DNA from: Thermoanaerobaculia bacterium
GTDB lineage: Bacteria; Acidobacteriota; Thermoanaerobaculia; Multivoradales; UBA5704
NCBI GenBank assembly: GCA_045807625.1
Contig: JBJMHA010000085.1
Coordinates: forward strand, 38,831-102,830
DNA length: 64,000 nt
Reading direction: 5' to 3'
Positions within the stretch are counted from its first letter, which is position 1. Each line of letters starts with the position of its first letter. The notes beneath the pieces are model-generated. The model saw only the letters and a program-made list of their open reading frames with translations. It searched no databases and was not told the DNA's origin. Made by a program: the position numbers and the translations under genes. Of the stretch, positions 1 through 9,048 are shown one piece after another.

Positions 1-764
1 GGCGCGGCGGCGGTGGCCACCAGGGGGGCCGCCACAGGCACCGTCGGCGATGGGGCCGGCGGCGGCTCCGGAGGCTCGGGGGCGACCGCCGGCGCCGGCT
101 TGGGCGGGAACAGCTTCGCGGCCGAGAAGAGCTCGGGGTCGACCGGCGGCACCGGCCGCGGCGCCGGGGGCGGCGGGAGGTCCGGCGCCAGGTTGAGCTT
201 CGGCGGCGGGGCGAAGGGGCTGTCGAGCGGCGTCAGCAGCTCCTCGCCCGAGTGCGGCGGCGCCTTCTCGGCCGGTTTCTCCCAGAGGAAGCGGGCACGG
301 TTGAGCCGGTCGAGCACCAGGCCGAAGCGCGAGGGGCACTCCTCGTGGTAGTACCTCTCGAGCGCCTCCAGGATGCGGATCTCCCCGGCGACGAAGACCT
401 TCACCCGCTTGCCGGAGGCGAAGGCGATCTCGTCCTGGGCCGAGAGGTTGCGCGGGTCCATCAGCGCGAGGTCGAGCCGCCCCCCCTCGACGCGGAAGGG
501 GACGGCGCGGCAGCGGCGGGCGAGCTTCTCGGGGACGAGCGCGAGCACCTCGTCGGGGACCCCTCGCAGCTCGTCGGCGCCCGCCGCGGGGACGCCGAGC
601 TGCTCCGAGAGCCCCTTGAGCAGGAGCTCCTCGGTGAGCGCGTCCATCTCCAGCAGGCAGGTGCCGAGCCGGCCGCCGGCCACGTTCTGGTTCTTCAAGG
701 CCCGCGTGAGCTGCTGGACGGTGATCCAGCCGCGCGCCACGAGGAGCTGTCCTAGCTTCGCCAT
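1..764 (-). CDS. Type II secretion system protein E N-terminal-domain (T2SSE_N/GspE_N) protein, partial (runs off window start)
   Basis: Manual reverse-complement translation from ATG at 764 is open to position 1 (not in ORF track, presumably because no stop in window): MAKLGQLLVARGWITVQQLTRALKNQNVAGGRLGTCLLEMDALTEELLLKGLSEQLGVP... followed by a second similar repeat (RLDLALMDPRNLSAQDEIAFASGKRVKVFVAGEIRILEALERYY) and a Pro-rich linker; matches the T2SSE_N fold pattern. The + strand ORFs 252..755 and 373..867 are its antisense artefacts. Confidence 0.6.
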   Translation of the reverse strand, partial: MAKLGQLLVARGWITVQQLTRALKNQNVAGGRLGTCLLEMDALTEELLLKGLSEQLGVPAAGADELRGVPDEVLALVPEKLARRCRAVPFRVEGGRLDLALMDPRNLSAQDEIAFASGKRVKVFVAGEIRILEALERYYHEECPSRFGLVLDRLNRARFLWEKPAEKAPPHSGEELLTPLDSPFAPPPKLNLAPDLPPPPAPRPVPPVDPELFSAAKLFPPKPAPAVAPEPPEPPPAPSPTVPVAAPLVATAAA

Positions 765-940
765 GTCTTACCGCGGATTACCCCAAGCGTTGGAGCCGGT
801 TTTGGAGCCCGGTTTCGGGAGCCCCTGTTCGATCGCGTCTGTAACTCGTTCTGAGGTCTGTATTTAAGCGCAAGGGCGACATTATAGGTGCGGCTCTATA
901 GCCTTGTAAAGCGCCGAGTGGCGCTGGTATCCTGCGAGTC

Positions 941-2932
941 GTGAAGCTTTGTGCCTCCGCGGTTTGCGCCGCCAGCCTGTCCTTGCTCCCCACCGCCCTC
1001 GGCGCCGCCCCGGCTCCCCCCGGAGCGACCGCGCCCACCGCCTCCTACCAGTTCGCCCTCGGCAAGCTCCTCGCCGTCGAGGGCTCGGTCAACGACGCGC
1101 TCGCCGCCTTCGAGTCGGCGGAGAAGGCGGCCCCGCAGTCGCCGGACACCGCCTACGTGCTGGTCGAGCACGCCCAGCTCCTGGACCGCATGGCCCAGTA
1201 CGAGCGCAGCTCCCCCGTGCGCGACGACTCCCTGCGCAAGGCCGGGGAGAAGATCGCCGAGGCCCGCCGCCTGGCGCCGGACAACCTCGACGTGCTGCGC
1301 GCCGCGGGGGAGATCTACCTCGACCTCGCCACGGTCGACCCCGCCTCGCTGGCGGTGGCGCGCGACGCCCTGGAGACGGTGCGCAAGCGCGACCCCCAGG
1401 ACGCGCAGTCGTCCCTCACCCTGGGGCGGATCTACCTCGACCAGAACCAGCCGGACAAGGCGGCCGAGGTCTTCCGCGAGCTGGTCAACAACGTCCCCGA
1501 GCAGCGCATGGCCTACGCCCTGCTGGTCGAGTCGCTGATGCGGGCCAACAAGCCGGACGAGGCGCAGAAGGCCCTCCAGGAGATCGTCGGCTTCGATCCC
1601 AATTCGCTGGAGGCCCGGCTGACCCTGGCCGACCTGCAGACGCGGGCGGGCAGGACCGCGGCGGCCCTGGAGACCCTGCGCGGCGCTCCCGAGGAGCTGC
1701 GCGGCGACCCCCGGCTCAAGCGCCAGCTCGCCTGGGCCCTCTACCAGAACGGCGACCTCGACGAGGCGCTGAAGGCGCTCGACGCCGTGGCCGCCGCCAC
1801 CCCCGCTCCCGCCCCCGGCGGCAAGGCGGGGAAGGGGGAGGGGGAGAATCCCCAGGCGCTCAACCTCCTGCGCGGGCTGATCTACACCGCCCAGGGGCGC
1901 AACGAGGAGGCGATCGCCCTGCTCGGCAAGCTCCACGACGCCGATCCCAAGGACACCGGGATCGCCCTGACCCTGGCGCGGGTGATGGAGCGCGCCGGCC
2001 GCCGCGACGACGCCGTCCGTATGCTCTCCGGCCTCGCCGCCGCCTTGGAGAAGGACGGCAAGGCCAAGGATGCCCAGGGGGTCCGCCTGGAGGCCGCGCA
2101 GGTCTACGCCGGCGCCAAGCAGTGGGACCGGGTGGGGGAGTCGGTGCGCCCGCTGCTCGCCTCCCAGGACGACGCCGTCCGGCTCCCGGCCCTGTCGCTC
2201 CAGGTCGAGGCGCTGGTCCAGGACAAGCGCTACGACGAGGCGCTGGCGCTGCTCGGCAAGGAGAAAGAGACGCCGGCCATCGCCTCCAAGCGCGCCGAGG
2301 TGCTGAGCAAGGCCGGCCGCCAGGCGGAAGCGGAGAAGGTCCTCTCCGGGCTCGCCGCCGGGGACGAGACGTCGGCGCTCGCCGCCGCCCAGGCCTGGCA
2401 GCGGCTGGAGAAGTACCAGGAGTCGATCCCGGTGCTCGAGAAGCTCGCCGCCGCGCACCCCGACCAGGCCCCCACCGGCTTCCTGCTGGGGGCGGCCTAC
2501 GAGCGCTCCGGACAGCGCGACAAAGCGGTCGGCGAGCTCCGGCGCGTGCTCAAGATCGATCCCGACTTCCACGCCGCGCTAAACTATCTCGGCTACACCT
2601 TCGCCGAGGCGGGGGTGAACCTGGACGAGGCGCTGAAGCTGGTGAGCCGGGCGGTGGCGCTCGACCCCGACAACGGCGCCTACGTCGACTCGCTCGGCTG
2701 GACCTACTACCGGCTTGGCCGTCCGGAGCAGGCCCGCAACTACCTGGAGCGGGCCGCGCGTCTCGAGCCCGAGGACGCGACTTTGCAAGAGCACCTGGGG
2801 GATGTCTATGTGGCGTTGGGGCAGAAGGAGAGGGCGCGGCAGGCCTACCAGCGGGCGCTCGAGCTCGGAGGGGACAACGCCGATCAGGTCCGGCGCAAGC
2901 TGGGCGACCTCGGCAAGGCTCCGCACTCCTGA
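941..2932 (+). CDS. Secreted tetratricopeptide (TPR) repeat protein
   Basis: 663-aa ORF (GTG start) with N-terminal signal peptide (MKLCASAVCAASLSLLPTALGAAPAPP) followed by many TPR-like repeats (AxxxYxxAG...A..ALxLDP motifs). Confidence 0.8.
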   Translation: MKLCASAVCAASLSLLPTALGAAPAPPGATAPTASYQFALGKLLAVEGSVNDALAAFESAEKAAPQSPDTAYVLVEHAQLLDRMAQYERSSPVRDDSLRKAGEKIAEARRLAPDNLDVLRAAGEIYLDLATVDPASLAVARDALETVRKRDPQDAQSSLTLGRIYLDQNQPDKAAEVFRELVNNVPEQRMAYALLVESLMRANKPDEAQKALQEIVGFDPNSLEARLTLADLQTRAGRTAAALETLRGAPEELRGDPRLKRQLAWALYQNGDLDEALKALDAVAAATPAPAPGGKAGKGEGENPQALNLLRGLIYTAQGRNEEAIALLGKLHDADPKDTGIALTLARVMERAGRRDDAVRMLSGLAAALEKDGKAKDAQGVRLEAAQVYAGAKQWDRVGESVRPLLASQDDAVRLPALSLQVEALVQDKRYDEALALLGKEKETPAIASKRAEVLSKAGRQAEAEKVLSGLAAGDETSALAAAQAWQRLEKYQESIPVLEKLAAAHPDQAPTGFLLGAAYERSGQRDKAVGELRRVLKIDPDFHAALNYLGYTFAEAGVNLDEALKLVSRAVALDPDNGAYVDSLGWTYYRLGRPEQARNYLERAARLEPEDATLQEHLGDVYVALGQKERARQAYQRALELGGDNADQVRRKLGDLGKAPHS

Positions 2933-2951
2933 GGAGGGGCGAAATTCTTCT

Positions 2952-3053
2952 GTAGGGGCGGCCCTGCGTGGCCGCCCTGTTCCAGTCTCCACGGCGGTGC
3001 GGTCACGCGGGGCGGCCTCCAAAACAGGGCGGCCACACAGGGCCGCCCCTACA
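2952..3053. repeat. REPIN: two inverted GTAG-headed REP palindromes (GTAGGGGCGGCCCTGCGTGGCCGCCCTG ... CAGGGCGGCCACACAGGGCCGCCCCTAC)
   Basis: Inverted pair of ~28-nt palindromic units directly visible in sequence; same family recurs at 16748-16852, 47612-47627, 58777-58804, 61315-61412. Confidence 0.7.
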
Positions 3054-3782
3054 ATCGCCATCCTCCTCGTCCTGGCCGGCTGCGCAAGCGCCAAAACCCC
3101 CGTTCCCAGGCCGCTGCCGGCCCGCGGCGCCGCGCCGTGGGAGATCCCCCAGGGGGCCTACGGCTCCCAGCGGCTCTACCGGGTGAGCTACTCGGGGCCG
3201 GAAGGGGAGGGCTCCTTCCGCGTCACCCTCCGCCTGGTCTCCCCCGTCCGCTATCAGATCCAGGCCGTCGATCCGCTGGGCCGGTCCCTCTGGAGCCTGG
3301 ACGTGGTGAACGACTCCGGCCTCTCGCTCAACCACCGCAACCGCACCTTCTGTCATTTTGATGGGCGCATCGACGCCACCGGCGCCTCCCTGGGGCCGTT
3401 CCCGCTGCTGGCGCTCCCCTCGCTACTCCTCGGCCGGGTGCCCGCCGAGCCGGCGGCGGGCTCGCCCACGGCGGCGCCGCGCGGCCGGGCGTTCGACTTC
3501 CGCGACGACGCCAGCCGGCGCTGGTACGGCAACCTCGGGGAGGAGGGGCTGGTGACCAACTGGACTCTCGCCGACGGCAGCACCCCCAAGGTCTGGTGGA
3601 TGCGGCGCGACGACGAATCGATCCTCTCCGACCGCGAGCGGGGGGTGCAGGTGCGCTGGCGCGAGGTGCTGCGGGAGAACCTCGACAAGGAGCCACCGGC
3701 CCTCGGCACCCCCTCCGGCTATCATGAGACCGAGTGCGGCAATCCGGACCTTTCGGACTCCTCGACGCCGGACGAGGACTGA
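2997..3782 (+). CDS. Lipoprotein of unknown function (start uncertain, candidate GTG at 2997 inside the REPIN)
   Basis: In frame of ORF 2715..3782; after the TPR gene stop the only in-frame start is GTG 2997, giving n-region RSRGAASKTGRPHRAAPT + h-region IAILLVLAG + lipobox LAGC|ASAK. Rest of protein has no recognisable domain. Confidence 0.5.
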   Translation: MRSRGAASKTGRPHRAAPTIAILLVLAGCASAKTPVPRPLPARGAAPWEIPQGAYGSQRLYRVSYSGPEGEGSFRVTLRLVSPVRYQIQAVDPLGRSLWSLDVVNDSGLSLNHRNRTFCHFDGRIDATGASLGPFPLLALPSLLLGRVPAEPAAGSPTAAPRGRAFDFRDDASRRWYGNLGEEGLVTNWTLADGSTPKVWWMRRDDESILSDRERGVQVRWREVLRENLDKEPPALGTPSGYHETECGNPDLSDSSTPDED

Positions 3783-4155
3783 CCCTGATCTGGATGGGCG
3801 GTGGGCCCGCCCTTCCAGGCCGATTTGACAGCTTCGCCACGGGCCTCTAGCATAGGGGCCCCGCGGGGGGAGAGGTCTGCCCTGTGGGGCCGCCGCCACG
3901 AGGTGGCCGGTCCCAGGAATCGGCCCCGAGTGCTCTCCTGAGGTTCCGCCAGTATATAATGCCGGCATAGATGCCGACGCGTGTATAACCAGCGGTGTTC
4001 ACCCCGGCCGGCGGAGCTTCCATGGCCGCCATCCAGAGTGAGGACGCGAGACGATGGGAGCGGCGCCTGGGGCTGATGCCCCGAGAGGGCTCACCGGTCG
4101 GGTCTTTCATACACGCCGAGGTACGGCCAGGGATGACCCGGAGAGGACGCGGATT

Positions 4156-4569
4156 ATGGAGATCACAGAGGTCAAGGTCTTTCCGATTCAAGAAGAGAAG
4201 CTGAAGGCGTTTGTTTCGATCGTTTTTGACCATTGTTTCATGGTCAACGACATCAAGATCATTCAGGGGCGGGACGGGCTGTTCATCAGCATGCCGAGCC
4301 GGAAGAAGAAGAACGGCGAGTTCAAGGACGTCGCCCACCCGCTGAACAACGAGACGCGGCGGATGATCGAGGAGAAGGTCCTGGCCGAGTACGACCACGC
4401 CCTCGAGGAGCGTGGCGAGGCGCCGGCGGACCGGGGGGAGCGGGCCCTGCGGGCTCCCGCGGCGGCCAACGACGCCGAGGAGGCGCGACCCCTCGCCGCC
4501 GCCGTGCCGGAGAAGTCCCTGGAGGAGGTCGAGGAGATCCATCTCCGCGACTCCTTCTGGACCGTGTAA
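4156..4569 (+). CDS. spoVG: Septation protein SpoVG
   Basis: MEITEVKVFPIQEEKLKAFVSIVFDHCFMVNDIKIIQGRDGLFISMPSRKKKNGEFKDVAHPLNNETRRMIEEKVLAEY is a near-canonical SpoVG sequence; acidic Ala/Glu-rich C-terminal tail. Confidence 0.9.
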   Translation: MEITEVKVFPIQEEKLKAFVSIVFDHCFMVNDIKIIQGRDGLFISMPSRKKKNGEFKDVAHPLNNETRRMIEEKVLAEYDHALEERGEAPADRGERALRAPAAANDAEEARPLAAAVPEKSLEEVEEIHLRDSFWTV

Positions 4570-4614
4570 GCTAACGTCCCGTGCCCGGGGTCTCCCGGCC
4601 TCGGGTTTTGGCAC

Positions 4615-4689
4615 TGGGGCGTCGCCAAGTGGTAAGGCACCAGACTTTGGATCTGGCATCCGGAGGTTCGAATCCTCCCGCCCCAACCA
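4615..4689 (+). tRNA. tRNA-Gln (anticodon UUG)
   Basis: Cloverleaf folded by hand: acceptor TGGGGCG/CGCCCCA (U1-A72, typical of bacterial tRNA-Gln), D-arm GCC-AAGTGGTAA-GGC, anticodon stem CCAGA/TCTGG with loop CTTTGGA (anticodon TTG), T-arm GGAGG-TTCGAAT-CCTCC, discriminator A, encoded CCA. Confidence 0.85.
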
Positions 4690-4774
4690 ACTCGGTCCGT
4701 CCCGCCGCGTCGCTCGCGGGGCGCCTGCTCCGCGGGTTCGCCGTCGTATCCAGAGGAGCTTCTTAGAGGGGATC

Positions 4775-5716
4775 ATGGCTGGTGAGCTGAAAATCTTCGG
4801 CGGACGTGCGCACCCGGCGCTGGTGGCCGAGATCTGCGACTACCTCAACCTCGAGGCGGGCAAGGTGTCCGCGTTCAACTTCTCCGACGGCGAGACCTTC
4901 TGCCAGGTCGAGGAGAACGTCCGCGGCTCCGACGTCTTCGTCGTCCAGCCGACCTGCGGCCCGGTGAACGAGAACCTGATGGAGCTGCTGATCATGCTCG
5001 ACAGCTTCAAGCGCTCCTCGGCCTCGCGGGTGACGGCGGTGATCCCCTACTACGGCTACGCCCGGCAGGACAAGAAGGACCGCCCGCGCGTGCCGATCAC
5101 CGCCAAGCTGGTGGCCGACCTGATCTCGCGCGCCGGCGCCGATCGCGTGCTGACCATGGACCTCCACGCCGACCAGATCCAGGGGTTCTTCGACGTGCCG
5201 GTCGACCACCTGTTCGCCGCGCCGGTCCTCCTGGAGGCGGTGCGCGACCTGGAGATCCCCGACCTGGTGGTCGTCTCCCCCGACGCCGGCGGCGTCGAGC
5301 GCGCGCGGGCGATCGCCAAGCGCCTGGGCGCCGGCCTCGCCATCATCGACAAGCGCCGCACGGCGCCGAACGAGGCCGAGGTCATGCACCTGATCGGCGA
5401 CGTCGAGGGCTGCAACGCCCTGGTGGTGGACGACATCATCGACACCGCGGGCACCCTGACCAAGTCGGTCGAGGCCCTCAAGCAAAAGGGCGCCGAGCGG
5501 GTGCTGGCCGCGGGGGTCCACGGCATCCTCTCCGGCCCCGCCATCAAGCGCCTCGCCAGCTCCCCCCTGGAGATGGTCCTGATCACCAACACCACGCCGG
5601 TGGACGACAAGCTCGCCAAGCTCCCGAAGCTGCGCCCCCTCTCGGTGGCGCCCCTGCTCGGCGAGGCGATCCGCCGCATCCACGAGAACAGCTCGGTGAG
5701 CTCGCTGTTCGTCTGA
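4775..5716 (+). CDS. prs: Ribose-phosphate pyrophosphokinase (PRPP synthetase)
   Basis: 313-aa product MAGELKIFGGRAHPALVAEICDYLN...VVVSPDAGGVERARAIAKRLGAGLAIIDKRR...DDIIDTAGTL; classic Prs motifs and length; follows spoVG/tRNA-Gln as in many bacteria. Confidence 0.95.
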   Translation: MAGELKIFGGRAHPALVAEICDYLNLEAGKVSAFNFSDGETFCQVEENVRGSDVFVVQPTCGPVNENLMELLIMLDSFKRSSASRVTAVIPYYGYARQDKKDRPRVPITAKLVADLISRAGADRVLTMDLHADQIQGFFDVPVDHLFAAPVLLEAVRDLEIPDLVVVSPDAGGVERARAIAKRLGAGLAIIDKRRTAPNEAEVMHLIGDVEGCNALVVDDIIDTAGTLTKSVEALKQKGAERVLAAGVHGILSGPAIKRLASSPLEMVLITNTTPVDDKLAKLPKLRPLSVAPLLGEAIRRIHENSSVSSLFV

Positions 5717-5764
5717 TCTCAAGAGAGCTGATCCCAAGAAAGCCATAGAAGCGAGGAAATACCC

Positions 5765-6400
5765 ATGAGCGACACCATGCAGATCGAAGTCACCCCCCGG
5801 GAGGAGACCGGGAAGAACGCCAACCGGCGGGCCCGCGCGGCCGGCAAGATCCCCGCCGTGGTCTACGGCGGCGGCCGGGAGAGCGTGGCCATCCAGATCG
5901 ACCGCAAGACCCTGCTCGACACCATGAAGGGGCACAGCGGCGAGAACCCGATCTTCCTGCTGAAGCTCGGCGACAAGGAGCGGCACGCGATGATCCGCAA
6001 CATGGAGGTCGATCCGGTGAGCCGCCAGGTGATCCACATCGACTTCCAGCGGGTGGTCATGGACCAGAAGATCCGCGTCACCGTGCCGGTGGAGATCGTC
6101 GGCACCGCGGTCGGCGTGAAGACCGAGGGGGGCATGCTCGACTTCGTCACCCGCGACATCCACGTCGAGTGCCTGCCGGGCGACATCCCGAAGCATCTCG
6201 AGGTCGACGTCACCGACGTGCACGTGGGCCAGCACGTCGAGGCCAAGGATGTTCAGCTCCCGCAGGGGGTGACCCTGCTCGACGACCCCGACAAGGTCAT
6301 CATCTCGCTCAGCCACGGCCGTCTGGAGACCGAGGCCGAGGCGGCGGCGGCCGACCGCGCCGAGCCCGAGGTCATCAAGAAGACGAAGGCCGAGGAGTAG
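5765..6400 (+). CDS. rplY: 50S ribosomal protein L25 / general stress protein Ctc
   Basis: MSDTMQIEVTPREETGKNANRRARAAGKIPAVVYGGGRESVAIQIDRKTL... with acidic C-terminal extension; conserved prs-rplY-pth order. Confidence 0.9.
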   Translation: MSDTMQIEVTPREETGKNANRRARAAGKIPAVVYGGGRESVAIQIDRKTLLDTMKGHSGENPIFLLKLGDKERHAMIRNMEVDPVSRQVIHIDFQRVVMDQKIRVTVPVEIVGTAVGVKTEGGMLDFVTRDIHVECLPGDIPKHLEVDVTDVHVGQHVEAKDVQLPQGVTLLDDPDKVIISLSHGRLETEAEAAAADRAEPEVIKKTKAEE

Positions 6401-6415
6401 GGCTCACCCGCCCGC

Positions 6416-6985
6416 ATGCGCCTCATCCTCGGGTTGGGCAACCCGGGCGAGCCCTACCGCGACACCCGCCACAACGTGGGCTTCCGGGTCGTCGAGGAGC
6501 TCGCCCGGCGCTGGCAGGTCCCCGTCGATCGACTGGAGTGCAACTCCCTCGCGGGTCAGAAGGCAGGGTCCGAGGGGGAGGACGTTCTCCTGGTCAAGCC
6601 GCAGACCTACATGAATCGCAGCGGCTACGCGGCGCGCTGCCTCGCCGAGCGCCACACCCTGGATCCCGGAGCGGTGTTGGTGGTCTACGACGAGGTCAAC
6701 CTGCCGCTGGGGAAGCTCCGCGTCCGCCGGGCGGGGAGCCCCGCCGGCCACCGGGGCCTCGAATCGATCATCGAGAGCCTTCGCACCGCGGAGGTCCCCC
6801 GCCTGCGCCTGGGGGTGGCTCCGGAGGCAGGGGTGAGGTACGAGGATCTGGTCGACTTCGTCCTCGCCCCCTTCGCGCCCGAGGAGCTGGAGGCCGTCGA
6901 GGAGATGATCCGCCGCGCCGCCGACGCCTGCGAGGTGTGGGTGCGGGAGGGGGTGGAGGCGGCGATGCGGGGATTCAACGGGTAG
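6416..6985 (+). CDS. pth: Peptidyl-tRNA hydrolase
   Basis: MRLILGLGNPGEPYRDTRHNVGFRVVEELARRW...QTYMNRSGYAARCLAERHTLDPGAVLVVYDEVNLPLGKLRVRRAGSPAGHRGLESII matches Pth signature regions. Confidence 0.9.
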   Translation: MRLILGLGNPGEPYRDTRHNVGFRVVEELARRWQVPVDRLECNSLAGQKAGSEGEDVLLVKPQTYMNRSGYAARCLAERHTLDPGAVLVVYDEVNLPLGKLRVRRAGSPAGHRGLESIIESLRTAEVPRLRLGVAPEAGVRYEDLVDFVLAPFAPEELEAVEEMIRRAADACEVWVREGVEAAMRGFNG

Positions 6986-7035
6986 GGCCGCCCGGGAGAA
7001 CGGCCCGCTCCGCCCGGGCATTGATGCCCGGGCGG

Positions 7036-8367
7036 TCAATCTTCCCCAAACACCTCCCCGACCCGCTGGACGAGCTGGTTGGGCAGAATCCACTCCACCG
7101 CCGTCTCCCCAACCCGGACGCCGTGAGCGAGGCTGAGGTTGAGCACGAGGGCGGTGGCGGGCTGATAGGCTTCCAGGAAGCTGCGCAGGGACCGGGAGGG
7201 CAGCGGCCGTTCGCTGCGGCTGGCCTTGACCTCTACAGGCAGGAGGCGATCCCCGCGGGCCAGCACGAAATCCACCTCGGCTCCCGAAGCGCTGCGCCAG
7301 AAGTGGAGCGTGGCTCCGTCCGGAAGGATTTTCCACAGCTCCGTAGCCACCCAACTCTCCAGCAGGGCGCCGGCATCGGTCCTCTCCTCCAAAGGGCGGA
7401 AGTCATGGAGAAGACGGTTGCGCAGGCCGTTGTCCAGCAGGAAGACCTTCGGCCGTGCCGTGAGCTCCACGCGCTTTCCTCCCGCGAAGGGGGCGAGGAT
7501 CACGATCAGGTGGCTCGACTCCAGGATGTCCAGGTAGGAGGCCACGGTGTCGCGGCTGATCCCCAGCACGGAGGCCCATTCCGACAGGTTCACGAGGCTA
7601 CCGGCCTGTCCGGCCAGGAGCCGCAGGAGCTGGCGGAAGGCGTCGGGACGCGCGATCTTGAAGAGGTCGCTCGCGTCCCGCAGGACCATCGCCTCCAGCA
7701 GGTCGGTGAGCAGGGCCTCCGCGTTCCCGGACAGCCAGACGCCGGGGTAGCCGCCGAAGACCAGATGCCGCGCGAAGCGCTCTTCCTCCGCCCGTTCGCG
7801 CAGGATGGCGGGCTTGTCCGCGAGGTCCTGGCAGACCTCGGGGAAGGAGAGGGGGAGCAGGCGAGTGCGGGAGGCCCGGCCGGCGAGCGATTCGCGGGTG
7901 CGGGCTCCCAGGTGGTACGACGAGCTGCCGGTCACCAGGATCGGGACGCCGATCCTGCGGTCGATCAGCCCCTTGAGGAACAGGCCGGCCTCCTCGAGGT
8001 GCTGGATCTCCTCGAAGAAGAGGGTCACCGGGCGATCCACGAGCCCTTCGAGATCCGCGAGGAAGAGGGGGGACGAGCGGCACCACTCGCGGACGAGCGC
8101 CTGCTCGCAGTCGACGAAGAGCGCCGGCTCGCCGCGCTCGGCCAGGTAGGACCAGAGGGAGGTCGACTTCCCGGCCTGTCGCGGGCCGATCACCAGATGA
8201 GCGCGGTCCGCCTCGCTCCAGCGCTCCCGGGCCTTGGCCGCTGCGAAGCGGGGGAGATAGACGGGAGGCAGGCGCAGGCGAAGCCAGCCCGGGAGGCTCG
8301 CCGGGTCCTGGAGCCAGGGGTTGTCCCGCAGCAGGATCGTCTGGAGATTGCGGTCCACGATCCGCAA
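7036..8367 (-). CDS. AAA+ ATPase with C-terminal DUF4143 domain (ATP-binding protein)
   Basis: 443-aa ORF; Walker A GPRQAGKST, Walker B LLFVDCEQ-like/FFEEIQ region, C-terminal DUF4143-like segment (FLLDNGLRNRLL...). Common stand-alone ATPase family. Confidence 0.8.
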   Translation of the reverse strand: MRIVDRNLQTILLRDNPWLQDPASLPGWLRLRLPPVYLPRFAAAKARERWSEADRAHLVIGPRQAGKSTSLWSYLAERGEPALFVDCEQALVREWCRSSPLFLADLEGLVDRPVTLFFEEIQHLEEAGLFLKGLIDRRIGVPILVTGSSSYHLGARTRESLAGRASRTRLLPLSFPEVCQDLADKPAILRERAEEERFARHLVFGGYPGVWLSGNAEALLTDLLEAMVLRDASDLFKIARPDAFRQLLRLLAGQAGSLVNLSEWASVLGISRDTVASYLDILESSHLIVILAPFAGGKRVELTARPKVFLLDNGLRNRLLHDFRPLEERTDAGALLESWVATELWKILPDGATLHFWRSASGAEVDFVLARGDRLLPVEVKASRSERPLPSRSLRSFLEAYQPATALVLNLSLAHGVRVGETAVEWILPNQLVQRVGEVFGED

Positions 8368-8425
8368 TTATGTCTGAAAACCGCGGGTGGCGTTCCGCAA
8401 TTCTCAGGCATCATTGCGGAACGGT
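8364..8425. promoter_or_regulatory. Candidate operator: inverted repeat GTTCCGCAAT-N15-ATTGCGGAAC plus third TCCGCAATT half-site at the start codon of the AAA ATPase gene
   Basis: Seen directly: atCCGCAATtatg (8361-8373), gcGTTCCGCAATtctcaggcatcATTGCGGAACgg (8388-8422). Located immediately upstream of the minus-strand ATPase gene start (8367). Confidence 0.3.
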
Positions 8426-8517
8426 CCCGCCCGGGGCGGGGCCGGTAGTGTGATTTAGAGTGTTGCCGGACCTTGGCCCGCATGGCAGGCCCTTCACCGT
8501 CCGGGTGCGCCGCCGCT

Positions 8518-8808
8518 CTAGGTTCCACAGGCTCCAGTGGTGGGGCCTCCGCACAGGCTTTGCCCCGACGGGCAGGCCGGCAGGCAGCTGAGACAGGCGC
8601 TCCTGGCGGCAGAGCAACTGCTGCCGAGGCCGGTGCGGGTGTAGGTGGTGGTCACGCCCGGACCGCAGCACGTCTTCGAGCAGCCCACGAAGAAGTCTCC
8701 GGAGCCACAGGCCAACTGCGCCAACGCCGGACGTGGCAGAGTAAGGCCTAAGGTTGTGGAGAGGGCAAAGACGAGGACGGCCAGGCGCAACAGGAGGTTT
8801 CGGGTCAT
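8518..8808 (-). CDS. Small secreted cysteine-rich peptide (96 aa precursor; 12 Cys in ~65-aa mature region)
   Basis: Internal ATG at 8808 preceded by AAAGGAG RBS (spacing 5); MTRNLLLRLAVLVFALSTTLGLTLPRPALAQ signal peptide then LACGSGDFFVGCSKTCCGPGVTTTYTRTGLGSSCSAARSACLSCLPACPSGQSLCGGPTTGACGT. Confidence 0.55.
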   Translation of the reverse strand: MTRNLLLRLAVLVFALSTTLGLTLPRPALAQLACGSGDFFVGCSKTCCGPGVTTTYTRTGLGSSCSAARSACLSCLPACPSGQSLCGGPTTGACGT

Positions 8809-9048
8809 AACGTCTCCTTTCATCGGGGGATGTGACGCAATACTCCACTCTCTACTAAGAGGTGCTGATCGAGGCGGCGGCGGGACAACCGCCTCCCGCA
8901 CTACCGATGCCTTGCTTTCTGCCGCTATATGTGTAAAATCTATCCCCTTGTCACCGGGCGGGCCGGGCTCCGGCGCCGCCGACTTTCAACCTCTCTGTTC
9001 CGCATCCAGCGGGACCGACCCAGGCCATAGGGAGGCGATTCACCACCC

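Noticed and set aside
252-867. Plus-strand ORFs 252..755 and 373..867 (and 13..351)
   Set aside because: Gly/Arg/Ala-rich low-complexity translations typical of antisense or off-frame readings in high-GC DNA; the opposite strand encodes a coherent GspE_N-domain protein.
949-2955. Alternative-frame ORFs 949..2955, 951..1538 and minus-strand 896..2572 overlapping the TPR gene
   Set aside because: Arg/Pro/Gly-rich, no motifs; frame 941..2932 gives clean TPR repeats and a signal peptide.
3847-4776. 309-aa minus-strand ORF across the spoVG/tRNA-Gln region
   Set aside because: Overlaps spoVG and a tRNA on the opposite strand; translation lacks any motif.
6169-8448. 759-aa plus-strand ORF spanning pth and the AAA-ATPase region; also 4763..6316 minus ORF
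   Set aside because: Overlap well-supported housekeeping genes in other frames/strands; composition is Arg/Gly/Pro-rich.
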